A DNA stretch of 63,750 nt, the filler included, from Craspedostauros australis (lineage: Eukaryota): assembly GCA_030167865.1 (NCBI GenBank). It is 8 parts of 8 records of this genome, joined end to end, with 100 filler letters (N's around TTAATTAATTAA, not from the genome) between each part and the next. Parts side by side here need not be neighbours in the genome. Positions count along the whole stretch, not along the records: positions 36,744 to 38,395 come from JALAGF010004383.1; positions 38,496 to 62,549 come from JALAGF010004384.1; 6 more parts are not named here. One strand, written 5' to 3'. The notes below the pieces were generated by a model that worked only from the letters and a program-made list of their open reading frames with translations, ran no database searches and was not told where the DNA came from. Positions 36,744 through 47,732 of this stretch are shown piece after piece; the stretch's first letter is position 1, and each line of letters begins with the position of its first letter. A program made the position numbers and the translations under genes.

Positions 36744-38395
36744 ATGATATCGACAACGTTGCGCGCTAAATCGATCTCATCAGCTACAAGCTGCTCGTCC
36801 CACTCCCAATTCAGACCGTGGAGATTCAGTGTAAGGAGCTTGCGACGGTGCAGCCCTTCAAGCGCTTGCTTTGTGTAGAAGACGTTTCCTTTTGTTTTGT
36901 CGTAAAGTATCCTCGCCAGTGGGGATGCTGTGAACGTGTCCAGGTCAAGCGAAGCTGTCAGGAGCTCAATGGTCTGCGCAAGGGTAAGATCATCCAGAGG
37001 AATGTCATGGATGATCTTTCCGGATTCATTCCACTGAGAGATGGCGTTTGTGAGACGGTGGTGTGGGTCACTGTGGACTTCGTTGGAGCGATACGATCCG
37101 ATGATGAGAAAGTTACGGATGGATCGATCGAGGAGGATCTCGGTGATGAGCGTGAGAGATCGGTCGTCGATCCACTGGAGATCTACGCATATACATGTCC
37201 ATGTGCACACGCAGTGATTAAGGTCATTGTTGAAAAGAGCGAAACAATAAAGATGCGAGAGATTCATGAGCGACAGGGGAGCAGTGAAAGTTGAAGCACG
37301 GTGAGTTCCGCCAATCTTCGATAGAATCGCAATCTCAGTTATGACTAACACGCGATCCCAAACAAATATGGCAGCGCTTACCATCGAGGTATATCACGAG
37401 CGGACGACTGACGGAGCAGATTGCGTGAAGAATTTTCTTGATTGCGTAGACGAGTTGAGCCCATTCTCTATCTCGCGGGCCTGTACTTGTAGCCAGTACG
37501 TCGTCAAAGGTGCTGGCTGACCTCATGGACATATCAGCAAATGAACCTTTCCTCGCAATTGATCTCGCGTCTGCACCATTCTCCATCATACCATCCATGC
37601 TTTGGTTTTGTAGCCAGCGTTCAGTCGCATCCATGCTGCCTTCGTTGTCCTGCACGAATAGCGAAGATAGCTCAGGAATTGCCTTGCACAAGAGTTCCAA
37701 GCGCTTTGAATCCACTCTGCGACGGATCATCGTCATGACGCGCTGATATTCCCCGACGTCCTCGGACGCAGAGATCCGACCAAAGAAGTTCGAGAGTGCA
37801 TCGGCAATTCCTGAAAGATTGCCGCCTGCGTTGTACTGATCATATTTCCCCTTTCCGAAGTGGCATGGAGGAGCCTGTCGTCTTCGCTTCTTCGTTGCCG
37901 TGGCACCCCCCTGTTGACCGCAGCATGAATCGGTTGCGGTTCCCTTCATGTGCGCCGATCCGTCTTTCCGTGATGCAGCATGCTCGTCCTCGTCCTCGTT
38001 GAGACCGTCCAAGAAGCGGTCCACCAACGCCGATTTGCCCGTGCCAGAGTAGCCGTGAATGAGAACAACCTGAGCTACCCGATTGCTGGCGCCATCCTGC
38101 TCTGAGGCTTTCGATGGCTTGCGGCACATTCGCTCGTAGATGGAGTTCAACCGTTCCAACTCATCTTCGCGTCCAATGAAGGCATCGAAACGGAATTTCT
38201 TCTCATCAGTCAAGTGGTTGTCATCAGCCCTTCGGTGGCCACCATCACTGCCGTCGTCGTCAACAGACCCATCGTCCCCATCGTTCTTGTGAAACTGGCT
38301 TCCATGCGCGATCTTATCCGTCGTCGCACTATCAGATTCCTTGGTGACGCGTGGTTCCACGTCTTCGCCCTCGTCCTCCTGCTTGCGTGGATAGA
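36744..38395 (-). CDS. Partial COG3899-like ATPase gene, allele B (empty site); exons 38395-37382 and 37182-36744
   Basis: Same ends and sequence as allele A apart from a few SNPs; intron 199 bp versus 459 bp. Confidence 0.88.
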
Positions 38396-38495
38396 NNNNN
38401 NNNNNNNNNNNNNNNNNNNNNNNNNNNNNNNNNNNNNNNTTAATTAATTAANNNNNNNNNNNNNNNNNNNNNNNNNNNNNNNNNNNNNNNNNNNN

Positions 38496-39098
38496 GGTGA
38501 CGCGGCCTGCGCTGGTTTCAGCGTGTTTGGCATCGCCCTTGAGAGTTGCAACGGCGCCAGAGCCTGCCTCAACTTGGGCAAGTACTCTTTTCGTACCAGT
38601 CCTGAGAACAGTGGCTTCAGGCTGATCGAACCAGGTGCGTGTAATGGTGACAACAGTTGCGAAAATCTTGGCCGCAACGTGAACGGCAACATAAGAATTG
38701 AGAAAGGGGCTTGCGATGGAACCAACGCATGCCTAAATCTTTCGAACCGTCCTGGTCAAAACAGATCACCCGTGGTGAAGAACGATGTAATGCTTGGACC
38801 GAGCGCATGCGATGGAGAGTCCGCTTGCGAAGACATCCACGCAGGCAATAACAAATTCCCTGGAGGCGTCGCCATCAACAAGAATGGCTGCAAAGGAGAC
38901 AACGTGTGCAAGGGTATTGCCAATGACAATCTATCGATCAGCGACATCGTCATCGAGGAGGGTGTCTGCAATGCGGATAATGGCGAGAGCTGTGAGGACT
39001 GCGTGATTGCACAACCGTGTACTCCTGCTTCGCTGACATACACCATCGACGACGCGAGCGAGGACTGCCCCACCGCCAGCGCAGGTGGCTGCAGCTAA
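38496..39098 (+). CDS. Cys-rich repeat protein (ACxGxxAC units), 5' end in gap; probably extracellular
   Basis: Repeats SCNGARAC, ACNGDNSC, ACDGTNAC, ACDGESAC, GCKGDNVC; open frame to TAA, then AT-rich 3' flank. Confidence 0.75.
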   Translation, partial: GDAACAGFSVFGIALESCNGARACLNLGKYSFRTSPENSGFRLIEPGACNGDNSCENLGRNVNGNIRIEKGACDGTNACLNLSNRPGQNRSPVVKNDVMLGPSACDGESACEDIHAGNNKFPGGVAINKNGCKGDNVCKGIANDNLSISDIVIEEGVCNADNGESCEDCVIAQPCTPASLTYTIDDASEDCPTASAGGCS

Positions 39099-39993
39099 AC
39101 ATCTCAAATGCATTGTAACGTGTAATATATAATAATACAAAAAATTCAGAATTGCTCGGTTCCGGGAGAGGTGTGCGTGTGGTGCAGGAATGCGGAATAG
39201 AGTGGAGTGGAGCGGAGTGCTCTGTCTCGCTCTCTTTCTCCCTCCATAGAGAGAGAGAGAAAGAGAGAGACGGTGCTGTGCGAGTAGAGTATGAGATTCA
39301 CGGGCGCAGTGCATACGCGTGCCTGCGACTACGATCGCATGAACGGGGTGGCGTCGAACCGCAACGAGAAGTGTTGCGGCCTGGCTACTGGATGGGCATC
39401 GATCGTATTATCCGAGAGAGGACCCCGACACAGTCATTTTGTCTTGTTGTATCCACGACTGAATGGATATGGCGTTCGGATCAGTCGATAAGCACGCTCT
39501 GCCTGTGTGTCCACCCGTTTGTGCGACACGAAGAGAAAATGAAAACAAATGACGAATCTCCTGTCATCTCGTTCACGCAGACGCGTTGTCAACCACATCG
39601 TCATTTTCACCCATCATCATCAGGAACCACCCACGCACTTTCGGAAGAAACAAACGAGCTGGATAATAGAATACTGGGACGCATCGTTCTGCTCTTGCGT
39701 ATAGTACTCTCACTTGCCATACGTACATGCACAGAGCGAAGAGTGTGCTGGTGATTGTATCGCAACACGCCGTCGGACAACAGCATTCAAGGCCTCATCT
39801 CCCATAACCCATCAACGGAACACTTTCAGAAGACAATCCATCCATCCATCCATCCATCCCGACGTTCCATTCCACCAACACCCTCCACTCGAATCTCCAT
39901 CTTTTCTGCTGTGGCAAGTGCAAAGAATCAGGGTTGTGAGAAGGACACCAACCAATCAACCAGGCGGAAAGAAGAAAAGCAGAATATTGCAAC

Positions 39994-41670
39994 ATGACGA
40001 GCATCTCCGCATCCACGAAGCACAGGATCGGCAAGAAGCCCGCGAAGGTGGGCATCGGCAAATCCGGCAGCAAGGCGGGAGCCAAGTCCAAGGCCTCCGG
40101 CGGAAAGCGCGGTGAGAGCGCCGCGTTGAAGCCATCGGCGCTGGCGACTGCCAAGGCCGTGGCGGACCTCAAGGCTTTGGACAATGCCGCGCGTCGCAAC
40201 AAGATCAAGGATCTGTTCTGCGCCGCGATTGGAGAGGAGGTCGTTGTCGACAAGAGCAAGCCTCGCACGGCCAGCACGACGCGAAGCCGCGGTATGGCCG
40301 CTGCCGATGTCGCCGTGGCTTGCAAGGAGCTGGGCATTTCGTTCGTGCTGCGGGAGTGCGGTCTGCTCGATGAGATGCAGCGCACGCTGTTTCCGGAAGG
40401 CATCGAGGCGATGTTCGCGCGCACCAGCATTTCCGGCGGATTGAAGCCCAGCACATCGGCCGTGAGTCTCACCAGCCTCGACGAGACCACGATCACCAGC
40501 GCCGGATCGATGGGCACGGACAGCAAGCGCGGCAAGGCAACGCCTGCCAATGCCAGAGAAGGTGCCTTGCTCATCATCCGGGCGCTGTGCGAGAGGCTCG
40601 GCCAGAAGGTCGAACCGTTCGTTGTGGGCGCCTTCCTCGCGGCATCTCTGGACGAGTGTGGCAGCAACTCCAGCAGCGTGCGTGATGCGGCGGAGGACAC
40701 ATCGCGAACGCTCATCAAAACGGCGAGCCCGTGGGCCTTTGCCTGCCTCATCGCCCCGCTCATCATGCAGTCGTTGAAATCCAACGAATGGCGCGTCAAG
40801 TTCAATGCCCTCGATCGGTTGGCCCAGTGCGCGGAGACCGCCCCCGCGCAGGTCTGCAAAATGCTCCCCACGTTGATCCCCGCCGTGACGGATCAGGTTT
40901 GGGATACGAAGCAGCAGGTCACCAAGTCGGCCACGTCCGCTCTGCTCAAGATTTGCAAGACCAACACCAACCCGGACGTCGCGCCTGCCGTCCCGGCAGT
41001 CGTCAAGGCCATCTCGAAGCCGTCGGATACCGTCAAGGCCCTCGACGAGCTCATGGGAACGACCTTCGTCGTCAGCGTCGACGCCGCCACGCTGTCCATC
41101 CTGTGCCCCGTCCTCTCGCGCGCGCTCAAGGAAAAGCTGGCCATCCACAAGCGCGCCGCCTGCATCGTCATTTCCAATATGAGCCGTCTCGTCAGCGCGC
41201 CCGAAGATGTCGCACCGTTCGGTCCCCTGCTCGTGCCGGAATTGAAGAAGGTCGCCACGAACGTCCAGTTCGAGGAGATCCGTGACGAGGCCCTCAAGGC
41301 GCTCAAGAACCTCACGAAGGCTCTGGGTGACGCCTTCGAGGAGTCGCAGGAAGATAAGGCGCACGAGGCGGAGCAGGAACGCCTGCGCGTGGAAGACGAG
41401 CAGAAGAGGATACAGGACGAACGCGACGCGCAGGCCAAGCGCGATGCCGAACAGCAGAAGAAGGAAGATGAGGAGCGCAAACGTTTCAAGGAGGCCATGG
41501 ATGCGCAGCGCGAATTGGATCGCATCGAAGCCGACAAGATCAAGAAGGCCAAGGAAGAGGAGGAAAAAAAGAAGGAAGCCGCCAAGCGCAGCACGAAGGG
41601 TGGAACTGGCAAGTGTCAAGGTTGCGGGCTCAAAAAGTGCAAGAAGACCTGCTTATTTTTTAAGGGATGA
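39994..41670 (+). CDS. eEF3/New1/GCN1-like HEAT-repeat protein lacking ABC domains; coiled coil and C-terminal Cys4 motif
   Basis: WRVKFNAL, WDTKQQV, TTFVVSVDAATLSILCPVLSRAL, IVISNMSRLV match the eEF3 HEAT domain; tail CQGCGLKKCKKTC. Confidence 0.8.
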   Translation: MTSISASTKHRIGKKPAKVGIGKSGSKAGAKSKASGGKRGESAALKPSALATAKAVADLKALDNAARRNKIKDLFCAAIGEEVVVDKSKPRTASTTRSRGMAAADVAVACKELGISFVLRECGLLDEMQRTLFPEGIEAMFARTSISGGLKPSTSAVSLTSLDETTITSAGSMGTDSKRGKATPANAREGALLIIRALCERLGQKVEPFVVGAFLAASLDECGSNSSSVRDAAEDTSRTLIKTASPWAFACLIAPLIMQSLKSNEWRVKFNALDRLAQCAETAPAQVCKMLPTLIPAVTDQVWDTKQQVTKSATSALLKICKTNTNPDVAPAVPAVVKAISKPSDTVKALDELMGTTFVVSVDAATLSILCPVLSRALKEKLAIHKRAACIVISNMSRLVSAPEDVAPFGPLLVPELKKVATNVQFEEIRDEALKALKNLTKALGDAFEESQEDKAHEAEQERLRVEDEQKRIQDERDAQAKRDAEQQKKEDEERKRFKEAMDAQRELDRIEADKIKKAKEEEEKKKEAAKRSTKGGTGKCQGCGLKKCKKTCLFFKG

Positions 41671-41962
41671 TCATGATGCTCTGGAGTACTCGGGCTAACG
41701 AATAAGAATGAAGCCAATCAAGCAATCGATCAATGAACCAAGCAAGCAAGTAACGTCTGTGTGGTCATATTCTTTGTCTGTGTTTGTTTACTTCTTCTGT
41801 TCGACTCGAGGACACGGCAGTGTGATTTAATGCTGGCACTCTAGGAGGAAATGTCTATTGTTGACGTGCGTGTCCGAGTACGTTAAGAAATGCACTGCAA
41901 CTGTGTTGTCATTAAAATGTGCAATTATTCCTCTATTCCATCCCATTCCATCGCACGCCCCC

Positions 41963-43549
41963 TCATTTCGCCTTGCGCTCCCGCCTTTTTTGAATGGAGA
42001 ATTTGGACCGGAAGGAGTATCCCACCTTATCGGTCGCGATGTCGTCCAGCACCTCCTCCCAATCGCCCTTGGCATCGCGCTTCAGAAATCGTGCATTGTG
42101 CTTGTTTTTGAGCGACGTGACGATGGATTGGCAGAAGGTGCGCTTGTCGCCGTGGGCACACGATCGATACGCGTCGGCGTTGGTATCGATGACCTGCAGC
42201 AGCTTCTGGTTGCCGCTGAAGGTTTGGTAGGGGCGTCCGCGGCCCAGGAGGATGTCGTTGTATTTGGGGAAGGGGATTGCGGCAGTCTGCTTTTGTTGGT
42301 CGCAAGCACCTGCGCATTGCTCGCGTTCATCTTGTTCGGTCTGTGCCAAGTACTTGAGGAGCAGCCGGTTGTCCGGATTGCCGTCGTCCTGGATTGGCAG
42401 CACGTCGGACGGGATGCCGTAGCCTTGCAGGGTGTAGAGGCTTTCGACCTGCGAACCTAGATGGACGCGATGTCGCAATCTGGCCTCCTTGGGCAGCTTC
42501 ATCATGAGCAAATTGATGAAAGGTTTGGCCTGTGGCAGGTTGTAGCAGATGTGGACGGCGGGAAGTCGAATCGGCAGGGATTGACCCAAGAGGGAGCACT
42601 TGGTGTAAAAGAGCTCCTGCAACGTGATGGTGATGGACGTGACGCCGGTGAGGTAGAGGATCATGACCATGCCCTTGCGCTGCGCTTCGGCGTTGTTGCG
42701 GAATGCCGATTCCATGATGAACCAGGAACCCCGCATGGAGCTGCGCAGGCTGTTCTGCCGGTGGTACTGCCCGTACGAAAAGAAGATGATGCGTCCCGCC
42801 CTGTCGGTCACGGATGGCAGGCACTGCAGGGAACCACCGTGGATGTGGTGCCGATCGGAGTCGGTGAGATCCTGCACCCCGATGTGCTTCACGAGCCGGT
42901 CCTGTCCGAAGAGATCGAGCTTGGTCGAATAGTACATGACCATGCGCCGAGCTGCGTAGACGGGATCGTAATTCTCCGCGCGCAGGAAGGACATGCGGAA
43001 TGCCTGGTCGTTGACGTACTTGGGCGACATGAAGAGCGCCCTTTCGTAGGCCGGTTTGGACTTGATCGCAGACACGTGCTCGTCCATCTGGTGCAGCAGG
43101 CGGCGGTTGTGTTCCTCCGTTTCGTCGATGAGGTGGGGCATGCCGTGGATCTCGTCGTTGCCGATGTTGCGCTCTTCGACCGTGAGATCGTTGAGCTCCT
43201 TCGCGAGCACGCGGTCCGTCTCCGTGATCGTGGCTTTGTGCCTGCGAGGATTGTCGTCCGCCTCGGTCCAGCACGAGCCGTGCTTCATGCCCTGCGACGG
43301 AATCTTCGATGCTGCTGCTGCATCTTTCAATGTGACGGATTTGGGCAGGCACGAGGCGCTGGCCGCAGACGAAGGCACGGGTAAACAGCCGGCGCTGCAG
43401 CAAGCGGGAGATGACGAGGGCAGCAATGGCAGCACTTCGCCATGTTGGTGCGGATCGCGGCCGCGGGATTCCGCCGTGCGAAGTTCGTTGTCACCAGGGT
43501 CTTCCAAGGCTTGGCTTGCATCCAACGAAAGCAGATTGTGGCGATTCAT
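41963..43549 (-). CDS. Diatom-type DUF6824 domain protein with CRAL-TRIO-like region
   Basis: LAKELNDLTVEER, FRMSFLRAENYDP, DRAGR, C-terminal DILLGRG...GN...RFLK...KVGYSFR; start taken at MNRHN. Confidence 0.8.
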   Translation of the reverse strand: MNRHNLLSLDASQALEDPGDNELRTAESRGRDPHQHGEVLPLLPSSSPACCSAGCLPVPSSAASASCLPKSVTLKDAAAASKIPSQGMKHGSCWTEADDNPRRHKATITETDRVLAKELNDLTVEERNIGNDEIHGMPHLIDETEEHNRRLLHQMDEHVSAIKSKPAYERALFMSPKYVNDQAFRMSFLRAENYDPVYAARRMVMYYSTKLDLFGQDRLVKHIGVQDLTDSDRHHIHGGSLQCLPSVTDRAGRIIFFSYGQYHRQNSLRSSMRGSWFIMESAFRNNAEAQRKGMVMILYLTGVTSITITLQELFYTKCSLLGQSLPIRLPAVHICYNLPQAKPFINLLMMKLPKEARLRHRVHLGSQVESLYTLQGYGIPSDVLPIQDDGNPDNRLLLKYLAQTEQDEREQCAGACDQQKQTAAIPFPKYNDILLGRGRPYQTFSGNQKLLQVIDTNADAYRSCAHGDKRTFCQSIVTSLKNKHNARFLKRDAKGDWEEVLDDIATDKVGYSFRSKFSIQKRRERKAK

Positions 43550-43837
43550 GGATGTGTATGGGTTGGTGTGGGATGAGTAGTCATATGTGTGTTTGTTAGA
43601 AGTGTTATGATGAACTGCAATTGGTTTTATGAAGTGTGGAATTGCCTCTTTGTGTGCCAGCTGACCGCAAGGGAAGCCGGTGGTGACCAAACGGAACTCC
43701 AAAGAAGCCGCGTTGTCGTTGTTGGTTGTGGAGAAACGCTTCAGTTCGCGATTCAATTCAATCACGAATCCGATCCACTTCTGGTCGCACCGTATCAACA
43801 GTTTCACGATTCTTGGCGCCCACTATTGTTCTCCACC

Positions 43838-46800
43838 TCAGATGCCGCCATCGTCATCATCCCCATCATCACCACCGCCATTCCTCTTGGGCTGCTGCTG
43901 TCCCACGACGGAATCCTGCTGGTAGTACATTTCCAGCACCTGATCGCTGCTTGTGGCCTGTTCCGGATCCTTGTCGTCGCGCACGCGTTCGAACCTTGGG
44001 AATCGCAGGCCGATGCCGCGTCCTGGATCCGTCTTGCCCACTGCGCCCTTGTGCAATGATGATTTGGACAGGTCGGCGGCCTTGATCTCCCACACTTGGC
44101 ACGCGTCGAACCAGACATCGCACGCCAAACCGTCAGCGACGTTGTACTGCGACGACTTTGTGTCAATCTTGCGCTGACTCAAGGCTTCCGACAGCGTCTT
44201 CAGATCTTCATCGGAGAATCCGGTTCCGATCTTGCAAACGGACTGGAATTCCTCGGACTCGACGTCGTAGCAGGCGAGGAGGTAGGCGCCGTAAACGCCC
44301 GTGCGCTTGCCTCGTCCGAAGTACGCTCCCAATGGCACAAGATCGAACGAATCGCCCAATCCGTCCAGATAGTCCTTCTTCAGCTTCAGCCAATTCAGCG
44401 ATCGCCGAGATGGTTCGTAGACGTCGTCCAACGTCTTCACCATCAGACCTTCGCACTGTCCCTTCACTGCCTGGTCCAAAAAGTCTTGCAGTTGCGTCGT
44501 ATCCAGCGCATCGTCGGCCTCTACTGTTGATGCTGCTGGTGTTGGTGTTGTGCCATCCGTGGTGGCGTCGTCATCGACATCGTCGTCTGCATTCTCCACC
44601 TTCGGTTCATCCTGCTTCGAGCCAAAGTCCATGCTCGTCGCGAATTGGAATTTGTGCATCACGGGGGCGAAATGCAGCTGCATCAAACGACGGCGTTCGT
44701 GCAGCGGGTGGCCGAGCAACGATTCGCCATTGAGGAACATCAGATCGAACGCCTGCACGATGATCTTCACCTTGGCCGTTGTCGCGGATTCCTCGGAGCG
44801 CTTGCGCGTCGAAAGGACCTGGAATGGCACCAGCTGCTGCGTTTCGGCATTGTACGCCACCACTTCGGCATCCAGCACGAATGAAGTTGTTGTAACAGAT
44901 TCAGCCCCCACGTCGCTCTTGACTTCCTGCCTCTGCTTCTGTGCTGCATCCGCTGCCTCTTGCACCAGCAGCGGCACTTCTGGGTACTTGCCAGTCGTTT
45001 CCAGCAGGTTGCGCGAGAACACCTTGGTCTTGCCATCCAGCAGATGGATCTGCGCTCGTTCGCCGTCGTACTTGTACTCGCACGTGAATGGGCACCCCTC
45101 CAGGCGTTTCAGCACCTCCTGGATGGACCTGGTGGGCTTGGCAAGCATGGGCACGACTGGGATGCCTGGCTGGAAGGAGCAGGCCTGCGGCAAGTACCGC
45201 AATGGCGTGCTCAAGGCAGCATCCAGCAGAGCATCGTAGCTGGGAACCTGGCTGTACACCTGCTTAACGATAGCAACAGCCGCCTCCAACCGCTTCTCGA
45301 TCGGTTGCGATACGTCATCGTACTGCTGGATGATGGCGGATGGCTTGGAAGCGGAAGACGAAGCGGAGTCTTCGCTGTTTTTATTGCTGTTGGTCTTCGT
45401 TTTCTCCTTGAATATGTCAGCCACCTTTTCGTCACCATCGTCGTCCTCTTCCATGTCACTACTGCTGTCCCCATACAGCTGCTCTGCTTTTGCGACATTC
45501 ACCGTGTTGGGAACAGTGAAGGACATGGTGTGCGCAAGCGAAATGAGCACAGTGGATGCCGCCAAACCGATTCTCAACTTTCCCTGCAATCCACGGATGA
45601 TGTACTTGGTCTCGGAACCCTTGGTGCACATGACGAGAAGCTTCTTGATGGCGTCAACCTTGAGCTTCTGGGAGGACGATCCTGTGATCTTGGCGATGGC
45701 ACGGAAGACGGAGAGGACGTGATTGCAAGTCAACGGCTTTGGTTTGAAACCGAAGGACAGGGTGGACTGCTTGGATTTGTAGCCCATGGCGACGGTTCCC
45801 AAATCTCCATCGAGCTCGTACTTTTGCTTGACCTGTGATGGTTTGCTGCCGTAGGCCTCCGCGATGGCCTTGATGAGGATGGAATCACCGATGCCCAATT
45901 CGACGCATTCGTAGGCTGGCGCCACCGTGTTGCTGGCAAGGTAGAGGATGGTGTACAGATCGTGCTTGGCCTGTTCGGCTTGCTTTTGCTTCGACATCTT
46001 CTTTTTGATGGTGCCATTTCCCTTTGCGCTTGTTGTGTCCTTGTTGCCAATGTTGTTAGACAGCACGACGCGTCTCATGAGATCCGTGAGCAGGGCCTGG
46101 ATGTCCAGCCGACCCGTGATGGCCTCGATCTTATCCAGCGTTTGCACGAGAGTGGAATAACGTAGCGGTGACGCTGTGTTGGCCTGATTCTGTTCGATAT
46201 CCTCCAGGATGGCCTTGTTGGATGGAACCTTGGCTTCTCTGGCCCACTTCCTGGCCTGCTTCAACAGGCGCTCCTGCAATTTCTCCTCCTTCGTTTTTGG
46301 CTTTGCGTTATCATCGCCCATCTTTTCGTCCTTGTCGCTATCGCTGTCATTGGTGTTGCCGTCGCGAGTAGTTCCTCCTTGTGCTTCTGCTTCTGCTTCA
46401 TCGACATCCACGTCCATGGCCTTGCCCTTGGCATCATCGTCTTCTTTTTTCACCTTGGTCTTCGCCGTTGCTTTTGCCGCTACCTTGGATTTGGTGTTGG
46501 AGTCTGCCGTTTCTTCTTTATCATCACGGTTGGCACGACGATGGCGTTTGTGAGTGTTGGTCCTTGTCTTTTTGTTTTTCGACTTGGCGATTGCATTTTC
46601 ACCATCGCTGCCATCATCGCAGTACTCGTCATCAATCTTGTCGTCATCATCGTCGTTGCTGTTGCCATCGTCCTTGTAATCAGCGTCATCATCATCATCA
46701 CCGTCGTCGTCGTTGTTGTTGTTGTTGTTGTCATCATCATCATCATCATCGTCATCCATGATGGCCAACTTACGTCTCTTGATGGCAAAGGATGTCAACT

Positions 46801-47017
46801 TGTTGTCATTGTTGTTGTTGGTTCCACCCTCGCTGTTGTTGTTGTCGCTATCCTCCAATTGCCTCTTGGCCGAGGATGCCTCATTGGTGTCCGAAGAAGT
46901 GTCTTCCTGCGTCTCCTTCGCTTTCTTGGGAGCGAACATGGACGTGATGGTCGTCTGTTTGGTCCCCTTGACCTTGAAGAACGAGTTCAACGTCGATTGC
47001 TTCGCTGTCTTGCCCAT
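43838..47017 (-). CDS. LIG1: DNA ligase I
   Basis: N-terminal PIP box QSTLNSFF, active site EYKYDGER, EGLMVK, WLKLKKDYL, LRFPRF. Confidence 0.97.
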   Translation of the reverse strand: MGKTAKQSTLNSFFKVKGTKQTTITSMFAPKKAKETQEDTSSDTNEASSAKRQLEDSDNNNSEGGTNNNNDNKLTSFAIKRRKLAIMDDDDDDDDDNNNNNNDDDGDDDDDADYKDDGNSNDDDDDKIDDEYCDDGSDGENAIAKSKNKKTRTNTHKRHRRANRDDKEETADSNTKSKVAAKATAKTKVKKEDDDAKGKAMDVDVDEAEAEAQGGTTRDGNTNDSDSDKDEKMGDDNAKPKTKEEKLQERLLKQARKWAREAKVPSNKAILEDIEQNQANTASPLRYSTLVQTLDKIEAITGRLDIQALLTDLMRRVVLSNNIGNKDTTSAKGNGTIKKKMSKQKQAEQAKHDLYTILYLASNTVAPAYECVELGIGDSILIKAIAEAYGSKPSQVKQKYELDGDLGTVAMGYKSKQSTLSFGFKPKPLTCNHVLSVFRAIAKITGSSSQKLKVDAIKKLLVMCTKGSETKYIIRGLQGKLRIGLAASTVLISLAHTMSFTVPNTVNVAKAEQLYGDSSSDMEEDDDGDEKVADIFKEKTKTNSNKNSEDSASSSASKPSAIIQQYDDVSQPIEKRLEAAVAIVKQVYSQVPSYDALLDAALSTPLRYLPQACSFQPGIPVVPMLAKPTRSIQEVLKRLEGCPFTCEYKYDGERAQIHLLDGKTKVFSRNLLETTGKYPEVPLLVQEAADAAQKQRQEVKSDVGAESVTTTSFVLDAEVVAYNAETQQLVPFQVLSTRKRSEESATTAKVKIIVQAFDLMFLNGESLLGHPLHERRRLMQLHFAPVMHKFQFATSMDFGSKQDEPKVENADDDVDDDATTDGTTPTPAASTVEADDALDTTQLQDFLDQAVKGQCEGLMVKTLDDVYEPSRRSLNWLKLKKDYLDGLGDSFDLVPLGAYFGRGKRTGVYGAYLLACYDVESEEFQSVCKIGTGFSDEDLKTLSEALSQRKIDTKSSQYNVADGLACDVWFDACQVWEIKAADLSKSSLHKGAVGKTDPGRGIGLRFPRFERVRDDKDPEQATSSDQVLEMYYQQDSVVGQQQPKRNGGGDDGDDDDGGI

Positions 47018-47732
47018 TGTGTTGAACGTTGTTGGTGTGTCTGTATTGGTATTGAGGATTGTGTACTCCGTTGTCACGATGTTGTGTGTGCGGCACAATG
47101 TAATGTGTCTGCAAGAAATGCGATATCCCCTTCAGATTGCTTAGTCGATCGTGTGAACGGATGAAGAGACCTGATTTGAAAAGGATTTGTGGAAACAAAG
47201 ATGAAGGGGAAGAGAGGGAGAGGAAGACGCAAGAGAGGAACACAACAACAAATGCTGCCCGCAACACAAATTGAACCGTTGTGGCCGCCGTTCCTCCACC
47301 GTTGTTGGCAGCAAGTTCCTTTGTTCGATTTTGTTGGCTGCAAAGTTTTCATTTTTCAAATTCATGGTAGGAAACCTACGTACACGATGTACGATTCATT
47401 CGATCAACATCACACGAAACAAGAGATACAGATTTCTGTCTGCCCGTTGCTTCACCCAACTACAACGCAAACAACACCAACCAAATCACGATTTCTCAAC
47501 AATCACCATTCTCAATGCCAATCGGTTGTTCGACCAAGTGCGGTTTGATGTGAGTTACGTGCCTTGAACGAGTGAGTATTTGCCGAGAGGCAGTTGTGAT
47601 TGAGGAGTATTCTATAATATAATATTCTACAATCTATGATACCAAAAGGTCGTACCTATCCAACTGTTTGCACCATTGCTCGTGCAGTGCCAACCAAGGA
47701 CTCTTCGAACCACTCCTAGTTAATCATCTACC

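Noticed and set aside
34732..38395. Tandem duplication of an ATPase gene
   Set aside because: Identical contig end points and very few SNPs point to two haplotypes placed in series.
39928..41619. 563-aa antisense ORF and similar long shadow ORFs (20860-22041, 48348-49946, 53407-54894)
   Set aside because: Antisense shadows of codon-biased real genes; no recognisable motifs.
43550..43807. N-terminal extension of the 614-aa ORF, and similar non-ATG or upstream extensions of LIG1, DDI1, GT77 and the SET fusion
   Set aside because: Non-ATG starts or UTR-like sequence; downstream ATGs fit the domain starts and targeting signals better.
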